Both the position numbers and the translations under genes were made by a program. 64,000 bases of DNA, from assembly GCA_964406895.1 (NCBI GenBank), contig CAYOTK010000006.1, positions 557 to 64,556 on the forward strand, written 5' to 3'. The stretch is from an uncultured Candidatus Saccharibacteria bacterium (lineage in GTDB: Bacteria; Patescibacteriota; Minisyncoccia; Phycocordibacterales; PALSA-1337). This document shows positions 28,952-37,773 of the stretch, piece by piece (positions within the stretch are counted from its first letter, which is position 1; each line of letters opens with the position of its first letter). Under the pieces are notes generated by a model, which had not been told where the DNA came from, did not search any database, and was given only the letters and a program-made list of their open reading frames with translations.

Positions 28952-29632
28952 ATGATTAAAACAAAAAATCTAAAAAAATCATTCCAGAATGGAAACATTC
29001 AAACAGAAATACTCAAAGGTATTGATTTCGAGGTATCCGCAGGTGAATTCATCGCTATCATGGGAAGATCTGGAGCCGGAAAAAGTACTTTCATGTATCA
29101 AATCAGCTTATTGGATGAACCAACTAGTGGCGAAGTTATCATAGACGGAACCAATACACACAACATGTCCAATGAAGAAAAAACTTCTTTCCGACTAACT
29201 AAACTCGGCTACGTATTCCAGGACTATGCTCTCATACCAGAATTAACAGCCCTAGAAAATGTTGCCCTGCCCCTACTCATGCAGAGTGCTCCGAAAGAAA
29301 AAGCCTTTCGAGTTGCTACCGAGGCTCTTACAAAAGTTGGTCTTGGTGATCATTTATCGCAATTGCCTAGCCAACTTTCTGGTGGTGAACAACAAAGAGT
29401 CAGTATATCGAGAGCTATCGCTCACAAACCAGAAATCCTTTTCGCCGATGAGCCCACTGCAAATCTAGATAATGAGTCATCGAAAACTGTCATGGCTATT
29501 TTCGATCAGCTTCATAAAGAAGGTCAAACTATAATCATGGTCACTCATGAAGAGCAATATGCAAAAATGTCAGAGAAAATCATCAAACTTGATGATGGAA
29601 GAATAGTTGAAGAGATACGAAATAAGAAATAA
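28952..29632 (+). CDS. ABC transporter ATP-binding protein (MacB/LolD-type)
   Basis: Walker A GRSGAGKST, ABC signature LSGGEQQRVSISRA, Walker B ILFADEPTANLD, H-loop VTHE. Confidence 0.9.
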   Translation: MIKTKNLKKSFQNGNIQTEILKGIDFEVSAGEFIAIMGRSGAGKSTFMYQISLLDEPTSGEVIIDGTNTHNMSNEEKTSFRLTKLGYVFQDYALIPELTALENVALPLLMQSAPKEKAFRVATEALTKVGLGDHLSQLPSQLSGGEQQRVSISRAIAHKPEILFADEPTANLDNESSKTVMAIFDQLHKEGQTIIMVTHEEQYAKMSEKIIKLDDGRIVEEIRNKK

Positions 29633-29721
29633 AAACATTGACAGTAAGCGATTTTTATTCTAATGTATACACAGAACGGTTGCCGAACCGTCCGGATGGT
29701 ATGAAGTATTTGTGGACATGA

Positions 29722-30459
29722 TTGTCTACAGATGGCCGCAAGCCCATACTCCGAAAAGAGGCATTTGACATTATGACGCTACCTGAAATGTTGGACGCGA
29801 TTCCGCCCGAGTGGTTGGAGCGGTACGAGAAGACTCGAAAGGTCAAGCCGTACGAACTCCTCGCGGAGTACAAGAAGGTTGAGGGAAAAAACTACGGACT
29901 GAGAATGGTGTTCAAATTTTTGATTGGACTGGTATCAGCAGTATCGGTTTGCCTCCTCTTTCAACACAACAAATTGCATGATGAAAGGTCTGGCACAGAG
30001 ATAGTCAACCTGGCCCTCGTGCTGTTTATTGGTCTTCCCATTTGGTGGTGGATGAACCGCAGCGCCAGCAAGGAAGTTGCTCGATTGGAGTTGATCCACC
30101 AACTGGATAAAATCGGCGACGACATTCAGGCCTTGATCGACCTCGTCGGTGGTGAGAGGTGGTTAAACGATCATGGGATCAAGGGGGCCATGATCCGACT
30201 AGCCGGAGAAGCCGTCACGCAGGAAAAATTTATAGTAAAAATCGCCAAAAAAGTTGGGGACGGTGATCTCGAACTCGTCTACAAAATTCAAACTTGCATA
30301 GGCAATCTCAATTCGAAGGAGAAGGCCTACGAGAGAGCGATCAACCTGATCTGCTGTTTCGTTAATCCACCTTACGATTTCGAAAGGGCAAAAGAGTTGG
30401 CAAGAGAAGCCCTGCAGATCGGCGAACCCGACATCGCCGAAGAACAACCTCTCACCTGA
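29722..30459 (+). CDS. hypothetical membrane protein encoded in a GC-enriched (~50% GC) segment
   Basis: 245 aa, two central TM helices, compositionally atypical; own terminator downstream. Confidence 0.4.
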   Translation: MSTDGRKPILRKEAFDIMTLPEMLDAIPPEWLERYEKTRKVKPYELLAEYKKVEGKNYGLRMVFKFLIGLVSAVSVCLLFQHNKLHDERSGTEIVNLALVLFIGLPIWWWMNRSASKEVARLELIHQLDKIGDDIQALIDLVGGERWLNDHGIKGAMIRLAGEAVTQEKFIVKIAKKVGDGDLELVYKIQTCIGNLNSKEKAYERAINLICCFVNPPYDFERAKELAREALQIGEPDIAEEQPLT

Positions 30460-30483
30460 AAAGGTGCGAGGTAAGAACACAAA

Positions 30484-30516
30484 CCGGGAGGCTCACACCT
30501 CCCGCGTTTTTTTATT
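30484..30516 (+). terminator. rho-independent terminator
   Basis: cgggagg-ctcaca-cctcccg hairpin followed by TTTTTTTATTT. Confidence 0.7.
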
Positions 30517-30563
30517 TGAAATTATTATTTTTATGAAATTATTACAAAATTATTATAAGAATA

Positions 30564-31763
30564 TCAAATGTTCTTCCTAACAGTTCTTGAACTAAGATAG
30601 AAAAATACAAGACCAACAACAACGACAACACTCGCGCCAAGTAGGGCTACACTGGACCCATAAACTTGCCATACATAACCACCAACAATACCGGCAATCA
30701 TAGAACCAAAACCAATAGAGGCGTTGTAGAGACCATAAGCGGAGCCGCGGTCATATTCTGGGACAGTATGAGCAATGAAAGATCGCTGGGTAGCATCTGT
30801 ACAAGCAGAAAATACGCCCATAATGATGAATGAAAGCGCGAGAGATATTGCCGACGCAGACATGGCAATGGCAATATACGAAATAATAAGTATGACGTAA
30901 CCATATGCCAAAACTCTAGTTATACCAATACGATCACTGGTTTTACCTGCAAGATATGAAAAGCTAGAATAAGACAAACTATACAACATATAGAAAAGCG
31001 GGACTGAAGCAATAACAAGACCAATAGAAGTAGTTTTGAGTAGAAGAACAGCTGATGGCAAACTACCGATAGACAGAACGAAAATAGCGATCAAATAATA
31101 TTTGAATGCTAGAGACGAACGACTGAAATTGTTGAGATTAAATATTTTGGCACCGTGTTCATTCTTCATAGTCACAACTTCTTTGACAAAAAATATTGTT
31201 ACGAAAGAGATGATGCCTAGCACGAAAGCTGTCATGAAAAGCAAAGTCCAATTGTTGGGAGCCCGAGTAAGGATAATATATGCAACCAATGGACCCAGAA
31301 TACCACCTATAGTATCCATAGTTCTGTGATACCCGAAGGAGCGACCCATTTCATTTTCGGGAGAAGAAACAGAGATAATGACATCTCTAGGCGCTTCACG
31401 AACACCCTTACCTACCCTGTCCAAAATCCTAAGACCCAAAACTCCAGATACACTACTGGCCAAAATATAAAAAGGTCTTACAGTTACAGATAATCCATAC
31501 CCTAGGAATATAAAAGGCCTTCTTTTGGCCAACTTGTCAGAAAGTCTACCTGAATAAATCTTCAAGATATTAGATGCGCCATCCGCAATACCCTCAACAA
31601 GTCCCAAAGAAGCAGCGCCTGATTTCAATACCGAGGTAAAAAAAGCGGGAAAGGAAGATAGGATTATTTCATTGGAAAAGTCATTGAAGAAACTAGTGAG
31701 ACCGAGAATGAATATGTTTTTTTCTAGTCCAAATATTTTCTTTTTGCCGTCTTGCATAAGCAT
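30564..31763 (-). CDS. MFS transporter
   Basis: 12 predicted TM helices, 399 aa, conserved MFS loop between TM2 and TM3. Confidence 0.7.
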   Translation of the reverse strand: MLMQDGKKKIFGLEKNIFILGLTSFFNDFSNEIILSSFPAFFTSVLKSGAASLGLVEGIADGASNILKIYSGRLSDKLAKRRPFIFLGYGLSVTVRPFYILASSVSGVLGLRILDRVGKGVREAPRDVIISVSSPENEMGRSFGYHRTMDTIGGILGPLVAYIILTRAPNNWTLLFMTAFVLGIISFVTIFFVKEVVTMKNEHGAKIFNLNNFSRSSLAFKYYLIAIFVLSIGSLPSAVLLLKTTSIGLVIASVPLFYMLYSLSYSSFSYLAGKTSDRIGITRVLAYGYVILIISYIAIAMSASAISLALSFIIMGVFSACTDATQRSFIAHTVPEYDRGSAYGLYNASIGFGSMIAGIVGGYVWQVYGSSVALLGASVVVVVGLVFFYLSSRTVRKNI

Positions 31764-31765
31764 GA

Positions 31766-33496
31766 TTATAACACGCCGTATTTGCTGAGTCCTGTCAGAG
31801 CGCGAACAAGCTTGATCTCAGCATAAGAATAATTCGGGCCCAGTCTATCTTTGACTGGAAAAAGTAGTATTTTACCCTTCTCGTCATATATCTCTTGCAA
31901 AATAGATTTGATCTTCGCGAAATGAGCGTGACTTATCTCTGATTTCAAATATTTGATATCGACATTATAACCATCATGAACCAACTGATCTATATGACTT
32001 ATTATTGTTTCTCTATTCAATTTTCTTGCTTTTGCTATTTCTTCCAAGCTTTTCTTGTCCTGAATAAGAAGCGCCGTCTTCTCGTATGTGTTTATCTTTT
32101 TCTTTTTTTCTTTCTTAATCTTGGGTGATATTTTATATAGCGTTTCTCTTATTTCGAAGCTGTGTAATGGAGCAATTTTTGCTAAGAATTGTTTCTGAAC
32201 TCTAGATATTTCTTCACGGCCAATATTCTTGAGTCGTTGTTCAGCCATATCTGATTGTTTCCTCAATAATATATCGTGTTCGAGAATATCAGGATGAACC
32301 TTGAGAGCGTGTTCATTCAGGCCTAGAATTTTGAGGCCATTGAAATTGCGCACGCGAGACAATGCTACATAACCCATTCCAAGTTCAAATGATTTCGACA
32401 AGTCAACTTCGACCGCATCTAGACTCATTCCTTGGCTCTTATGAACTGTTATGGCCCAAGCCAATCGCAACGGATACTGATTGATCTCTGCAATGATCCT
32501 ACCGTTGTCTTCTATTACCCAACTCGCTCGCTCTATTCTGATTTGTTCGCCTTTGGCATTTTGTATTACTGGATCTATTCCCCATCCGCAACTAACAACC
32601 ACACCGAGTGTGCCGTTCACATAACCTTTATCAAAATTGTTCTTAACACACATTACTCTCGCGCCTTTTTTCAATCTGAGATTTTGAGGAGCCAAGCAGG
32701 TTTTCTTCAGCGTTTCTACTATGGCCTTTTTGCCTTTCGATGTCATTTCGTAAACTGCGTAATTGCCTTCTATCTTGTCTATTTCTTGATCGTTGATACC
32801 ATCTACATCTGCATTATGAGTATATAAAGATGTTGGTTGCACTGAATCATCAATTTTTGCGTTAAATCTTGTTTGTATTTGTCTTAAAGATTCCTCACTC
32901 AGAGATCCGCTACGAATTTCATTCAAAACATGAATAGAAATATCATCCTTTTGTCTGTGTTGTTCGGACAAATAACAAATTACAAAATTAGCTTCTTGCC
33001 ACGCCTTGGATCGATATGCAAAATACGCCTCGGGTTCTCCCGCTCTTCTCACAGGCGGTAATTGGAAAAAATCGCCACATAAAACAATTTGCACACCACC
33101 AAATGGCTTATCTTCACTCATATCTTTGCGTCTTATTTTGCGCATGATCTTGTCGAGTAAATCTAAACGATAATGATGCAACATGGATATTTCATCTATT
33201 ATGAGGACATGCACGCTCTGAACTTTTTTTGTTACGTATTTCTTTTCCAAAAGTTCTTCTAGTTCGTATTCATTCATGTCGTCTTTTACTCCCATTCCTG
33301 ACCATGAATGTATCGTTACACCGCCCATATGAGTAGCTGCAATGCCTGTAGAAGCGGTTATGCCTATTGCTACGTCATGTTCCCTAAGGAATTTGATGTA
33401 TTCATTGACTACGAAGGTTTTGCCACTGCCTGCTGGACCAGTGATAAACACATTCTTACCCATCTTCAATATATCTAATGCGTCTTTTTGAGTCAT
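31766..33496 (-). CDS. Pif1/RecD-family SF1 5'-3' ATP-dependent DNA helicase
   Basis: Walker A FITGPAGSGKTFV, Pif1 signature region GGVTIHSWSGMG, Walker B LIIDEISML, QLPPV motif; C-terminal HTH-like extension; 576 aa. Confidence 0.75.
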   Translation of the reverse strand: MTQKDALDILKMGKNVFITGPAGSGKTFVVNEYIKFLREHDVAIGITASTGIAATHMGGVTIHSWSGMGVKDDMNEYELEELLEKKYVTKKVQSVHVLIIDEISMLHHYRLDLLDKIMRKIRRKDMSEDKPFGGVQIVLCGDFFQLPPVRRAGEPEAYFAYRSKAWQEANFVICYLSEQHRQKDDISIHVLNEIRSGSLSEESLRQIQTRFNAKIDDSVQPTSLYTHNADVDGINDQEIDKIEGNYAVYEMTSKGKKAIVETLKKTCLAPQNLRLKKGARVMCVKNNFDKGYVNGTLGVVVSCGWGIDPVIQNAKGEQIRIERASWVIEDNGRIIAEINQYPLRLAWAITVHKSQGMSLDAVEVDLSKSFELGMGYVALSRVRNFNGLKILGLNEHALKVHPDILEHDILLRKQSDMAEQRLKNIGREEISRVQKQFLAKIAPLHSFEIRETLYKISPKIKKEKKKKINTYEKTALLIQDKKSLEEIAKARKLNRETIISHIDQLVHDGYNVDIKYLKSEISHAHFAKIKSILQEIYDEKGKILLFPVKDRLGPNYSYAEIKLVRALTGLSKYGVL

Positions 33497-33688
33497 GAAT
33501 GAATTCTACACTACTTCATAAGAAGAACACATAACATTTTTCGGATAATGAGAGGATAAACTGAGGATTATGTGTATTGACACCACAAACAATAGGAGTA
33601 ATCTTTCAGTTAGAACAGCATAGCAAAACAAACCCGTTCCGGTTTCAAAACTGGAACAGAAAGGCATCTCGAGAGAGATGAAAAATGT

Positions 33689-34309
33689 ATGAACGACAGA
33701 ACACCTGTTGGCCTAAGATTGATTCTGAATCGACACACCGGTGGTGGGACGGTCGGCGGAAATGTCGGCGGAGGATCCCCGACGGCAATACAGCCGAATC
33801 AATTCGGACTGCCGGATGATTTGGCGAACGCATTACTTCACCCGTTCTGGGATCTCAAGGAAAAAACCAGAGGTCCTTTCGTGGTCGGAGTAGTGGCCGA
33901 CTACGCCACCAGGTTGGTGCGACTGATAAACGCGGAAACGCAGATCGAGTCGGCCGTAAAGGTGGTCCTCGAGCAGTTCAATGGCAAACTTCGGGTGATC
34001 AGTTTTGCCATCGACCTTGAAAAGCACTGCTTCACCAGCATTACGATCAGGGTGGAACTCAACGGCCAGCCCCTGTATCCAGAAGCGCCGAGACCGCCCA
34101 ATCTGAGTGGCGACATCCGGCAAGCGGTTGCCGATGTTCTTCAGCCTCTCGGGATCACGCCACCACACATCATCATTCCGTCCGACTATTCGGAATCGCA
34201 TGAGCCCCAAGAAATCCAGAAGGGTGAACCGACGAGGCTCTCACCCCCTACTCAGCCAAGGGTAGCCGAAGTCGAAGCCGACACAGACGAGAGTGGGACT
34301 CCGAGTTAG
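33689..34309 (+). CDS. orphan hypothetical protein in a strongly GC-rich (~58% GC) island
   Basis: 206 aa ORF, G-rich N-terminus; flanked by its own terminator at 34361-34390. Confidence 0.35.
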   Translation: MNDRTPVGLRLILNRHTGGGTVGGNVGGGSPTAIQPNQFGLPDDLANALLHPFWDLKEKTRGPFVVGVVADYATRLVRLINAETQIESAVKVVLEQFNGKLRVISFAIDLEKHCFTSITIRVELNGQPLYPEAPRPPNLSGDIRQAVADVLQPLGITPPHIIIPSDYSESHEPQEIQKGEPTRLSPPTQPRVAEVEADTDESGTPS

Positions 34310-34360
34310 ACCATACCCTTTCCCCACAGTTAGCGGCAACTATGCCGACCCAATGCAAAC

Positions 34361-34390
34361 GCGCCACCCCCGTGGCGCGACCTTTTTTTA
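34361..34390 (+). terminator. rho-independent terminator of the GC-rich orphan gene
   Basis: gcgccac-cccc-gtggcgc hairpin followed by gaccTTTTTTTA. Confidence 0.7.
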
Positions 34391-34441
34391 TGCAAACAAA
34401 AAACATATCACCAAAGACAAGGAAAAAATGTGATCAAAATA

Positions 34442-34993
34442 TTATTTGAGATTAGTCCTACTCAAAGGCAAACCGAGATATTCCAAGAAAGCGAGTGTAT
34501 TATCTTTTTTATTTGAACTTGTAACTATAGTAACAGCAAAACCAAAAACATCCTTCAAATCTTCGTCGGAAGTTTCAGCAAATATTGTGTGTTCCTTGAT
34601 ACCGAATGTGAAATTACCCATAGCATCAACAGATTTCCTATTAATACCTCTGAAGTCTTTTGTACGAGGAAGAGCTACGTGTATGAGACGATCTAGGAAT
34701 TCACACATTCTCTTGCCCCTCAATGTGATTTGGTAACCAATAGCGTCACCTGTGCGTGTCTTGAATGTTGCAATGGCTTTCTTTGCAGAACGTACTGCAG
34801 GCTTCTGACCTGTGATCTTAGCTAGTCTATCAGCAATAAGATCAATTTTTCTCTTGTCTTTTATTGAACCGAAACCGTTAGATATAACAACTTTAACAAG
34901 CTTTGGGGCTTGCATTGGATTCTTGATAGAAAGCTTGTCTTTCAAAGCCTTGAATGAATCTCTATTCAATTCGTAAACTGTTTTGTAATTCAT
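34442..34993 (-). CDS. rplE: 50S ribosomal protein L5
   Basis: KNPMQAPKLVKVVISNGFG; 183 aa. Confidence 0.9.
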   Translation of the reverse strand: MNYKTVYELNRDSFKALKDKLSIKNPMQAPKLVKVVISNGFGSIKDKRKIDLIADRLAKITGQKPAVRSAKKAIATFKTRTGDAIGYQITLRGKRMCEFLDRLIHVALPRTKDFRGINRKSVDAMGNFTFGIKEHTIFAETSDEDLKDVFGFAVTIVTSSNKKDNTLAFLEYLGLPLSRTNLK

Positions 34994-34997
34994 GGTA

Positions 34998-35216
34998 TTA
35001 TTTTTGCTTTACTGCATTGGAAACATCGATAGGCATAGCGATATCTACTACTTGACCCTTCTGGCCTTGTTTCCTGGAACGCTCATGTTTCTTCATGACA
35101 TTGATACCTTCAACGACTATTTTGTTGAGAGCAGGAATAGCTTTGACAACCTTGCCCGTTCTGCCTTTGTCATCACCTGAAATTATTTTAACTGTATCGC
35201 CTTTTTTGATATTCAT
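34998..35216 (-). CDS. rplX: 50S ribosomal protein L24 (short form)
   Basis: KKGDTVKIISGDDKGRTGKVV KOW motif; 72 aa. Confidence 0.85.
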   Translation of the reverse strand: MNIKKGDTVKIISGDDKGRTGKVVKAIPALNKIVVEGINVMKKHERSRKQGQKGQVVDIAMPIDVSNAVKQK

Positions 35217-35220
35217 GGTA

Positions 35221-35592
35221 TTAGACTATTTCCGATGCCTTTGAAGCTATGGTCTTGAATCCGGCCTCTTGTACTTCTCTTGGTATAGGTCCGAATATAC
35301 GTCCTGCAATAGGCTCTTTCTTTAATTTTTCTATAATAACAACTGCATTCTCATCGAATCTGATATATGAACCGTCTTTTCTTCTGATTGGCTTGGTCTG
35401 TCTAACTATTACAGCATGCAAAACGTCTTTTTTCTTGATGGCTTTTCTTGGTTCTGCTTTCTGCACTGATAATACGACTACTTCACCAACTTCTGCGTAT
35501 CTCTTGTGACTTGCTCCAAGCACCTTGAAAATACGACCTATCTTGGCCCCTGAATTATCTGCGATTTTTACGATTGCGCGTGGTTGAAGCAT
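35221..35592 (-). CDS. rplN: 50S ribosomal protein L14
   Basis: MLQPRAIVKIADNSGAKIGRIFKVLG; 123 aa. Confidence 0.9.
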   Translation of the reverse strand: MLQPRAIVKIADNSGAKIGRIFKVLGASHKRYAEVGEVVVLSVQKAEPRKAIKKKDVLHAVIVRQTKPIRRKDGSYIRFDENAVVIIEKLKKEPIAGRIFGPIPREVQEAGFKTIASKASEIV

Positions 35593-35601
35593 GTTGGTAT
35601 A

Positions 35602-35862
35602 TTAAGCGATAACTTTGAATGACTTATTCTTGGACAAAGGTCTGCATGACTCGATCGTTACTTTGTCACCAATCTTCTTGGTATTACCTGGATCGTGAGC
35701 CATAAGTTTTGTCTTTCTATTCATGAATTTGTGGTATTTTGGGTGTTTCTCATAACGAGAAATAACAACAGTAACAGTGTCTTTCATTTTGTCTGAAGAA
35801 ACAACACCAGAGAATATCTGTCGCTTTGATTCATTATTTGTTTGTTTTGTTTCTGTTGTCAT
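35602..35862 (-). CDS. rpsQ: 30S ribosomal protein S17
   Basis: 86 aa, KQIFSGVVSSDKMKDTVTVVISRYEKHPKYHKF. Confidence 0.9.
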   Translation of the reverse strand: MTTETKQTNNESKRQIFSGVVSSDKMKDTVTVVISRYEKHPKYHKFMNRKTKLMAHDPGNTKKIGDKVTIESCRPLSKNKSFKVIA

Positions 35863-35874
35863 GTAACTATTTGA

Positions 35875-36066
35875 TTAGGATTTCTTGGTTGTATTCAAAA
35901 CAGTCAATATACGAGCTATGTCTTTGCGTATTTCTCTGCCCTGTTTCACATTCTTGGTCTTTGATCCAGACGCACCAAATCGAAAAACTCTGAGGGCCTC
36001 TCTTTTCTCTGCAACCATTTTATTCAGGTCTGCGGCTGTTTTGTTTGATATATCTTTTATTTTCAT
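35875..36066 (-). CDS. rpmC: 50S ribosomal protein L29
   Basis: MKIKDISNKTAADLNKMVAEKREALRVFRF; 63 aa. Confidence 0.85.
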   Translation of the reverse strand: MKIKDISNKTAADLNKMVAEKREALRVFRFGASGSKTKNVKQGREIRKDIARILTVLNTTKKS

Positions 36067-36125
36067 AAAAAATGCTCAATCGAGCTATGCCCCATGCTAA
36101 CAAAGACCATGAATAAAGTCAATTA

Positions 36126-37274
36126 CTATAAGCCATGCCTAGCGTCAAGACGACCCAGGACGTTTTCTCTCAATAAATTGGTTATTTTGTCTGCATCAGA
36201 CTTGGAAACCCCTTGTATCACAACCGCGTTTGATATTTCGAAATTTTTATTACTAGAGAAGTTTGGCACAGAAGTAGCGTTTTCTATTCTAACCTCTGCA
36301 ATTCCGAAAATTTTGCTTATTATATCCTGTTTGATCGTAACATCTTGAATAGTACTATATGGCATATGTTTCTCTGATAAAGAAAGCATACCGCTCCTGA
36401 AATATATATTATCGGACATGAATGAGAATTTGTAATTCTGCTTCCAGAGAAATAAGCCTATAATTCTAGCTGTAGTAGTTAACAATATTATCCCCAAGAA
36501 AACATACAATCCTCCGAAATCACCATTGTTATTGCTGACCAATATGCTTGTAGACACAATCACAGATATGGTCAGGAAACCCGCCAATATTTGGATAAGC
36601 GATATCATAAACCATTTACCAGTCAATGGATAAACATCACTTGATATTTCCTCTGATAAATTTATCTCAATATTCTTGGGTTTTTGTTCATTTGTTGTAG
36701 CTGTAGTATCACTATGCATCGTGGACATGGTTCCGCCCCTACTCACACCCACGACCTTATTTAACAAATAATCTTTAAGACCATTAGCAACATCTATATC
36801 AACCCCATCTATATGAGCAGCTATGCCAGAAGAAAAAGTTGCACTAGCAATATGAACATCACAAAGACCCATCATTCTATCTAGGATATCTTGATCCACA
36901 TAAACATCTTGAATTTTTTGCCATTGAACGTGTATTTCCGCAGGTGCAAAGACCCCCTTCTTAATAGTAAGGAAGTTGTCATCAGCTGAATAGTAATATC
37001 TTTTGATATATTCTCGGACGTATATAATATATGGCAAAATCACTATCAAAAAACCAATAATAAACAGTACTCCCGCCAAAACAAGCAGAAGTGGCACACT
37101 GAATTTCTTGCTTATGAAAATACCGACATAAACAGTCGAAGCGGTTGCCGACAATATAAAACCGAACATGAAAGCACTTATTGCTTTTTCTATGATCTTT
37201 TTCCAAAACTTTTTTGGACTAAGTGGGAAATTCTTTTGTAAATCACTAACTATATTTTGATTATTCATATACAT
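36126..37274 (-). CDS. membrane protein with tandem bacterial PH (bPH_2/YdbT-like) domains, inserted between rpmC and rplP
   Basis: 382 aa; two copies of the TM-hairpin-plus-PH-like module (e.g. FLTIKKGVFAPAEIHVQWQKIQDVYVDQDILDRMMGLCDVHIASA). Family assignment is from pattern recognition, not a search. Confidence 0.5.
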   Translation of the reverse strand: MYMNNQNIVSDLQKNFPLSPKKFWKKIIEKAISAFMFGFILSATASTVYVGIFISKKFSVPLLLVLAGVLFIIGFLIVILPYIIYVREYIKRYYYSADDNFLTIKKGVFAPAEIHVQWQKIQDVYVDQDILDRMMGLCDVHIASATFSSGIAAHIDGVDIDVANGLKDYLLNKVVGVSRGGTMSTMHSDTTATTNEQKPKNIEINLSEEISSDVYPLTGKWFMISLIQILAGFLTISVIVSTSILVSNNNGDFGGLYVFLGIILLTTTARIIGLFLWKQNYKFSFMSDNIYFRSGMLSLSEKHMPYSTIQDVTIKQDIISKIFGIAEVRIENATSVPNFSSNKNFEISNAVVIQGVSKSDADKITNLLRENVLGRLDARHGL

Positions 37275-37333
37275 ATCTTACAACAAAAAAGCAGATTTCG
37301 CTCTGCTTTTTTGTCACTAAGAGTTTGAGAATA

Positions 37334-37759
37334 TTAAACTCGACTTATTATTTTGGTTTTGACTGGAAGCTTCGTACCAGCTTTTATGAGGGCTTCACTT
37401 GCTGTTTTTGCATCAACACCGTCGATTTCGAACATTATGCGTCCAGGACGAACTTCAGCAACGAAACCTACAGGATCACCTTTTCCTTTACCCATTTTTA
37501 CTTCTGCTGGCTTCTGAGTAAATGGATGATCCGGGAAGACTCTGATCCAGAGTTTGCCTGTCTTAGAAACGTATCTGGTCAATACTTTACGAGAAGCTTC
37601 AATTTGGTTCGATGTTATTCTTGCATAATTGACGGCTTTCAAACCGAAAGACCCGAAAGAGAGTCTTACACCTCTTGTCTCATGCTTGTTGGCCTCCTTT
37701 ACAGGATGCTTACGCTTTGTGAACCACTTGCGATGTTTTACTTTCTTTGGGAATAACAT
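37334..37759 (-). CDS. rplP: 50S ribosomal protein L16
   Basis: MLFPKKVKHRKWFTKRKHP ...; 141 aa. Confidence 0.9.
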   Translation of the reverse strand: MLFPKKVKHRKWFTKRKHPVKEANKHETRGVRLSFGSFGLKAVNYARITSNQIEASRKVLTRYVSKTGKLWIRVFPDHPFTQKPAEVKMGKGKGDPVGFVAEVRPGRIMFEIDGVDAKTASEALIKAGTKLPVKTKIISRV

Positions 37760-37773
37760 GATAGTTAATTAAA

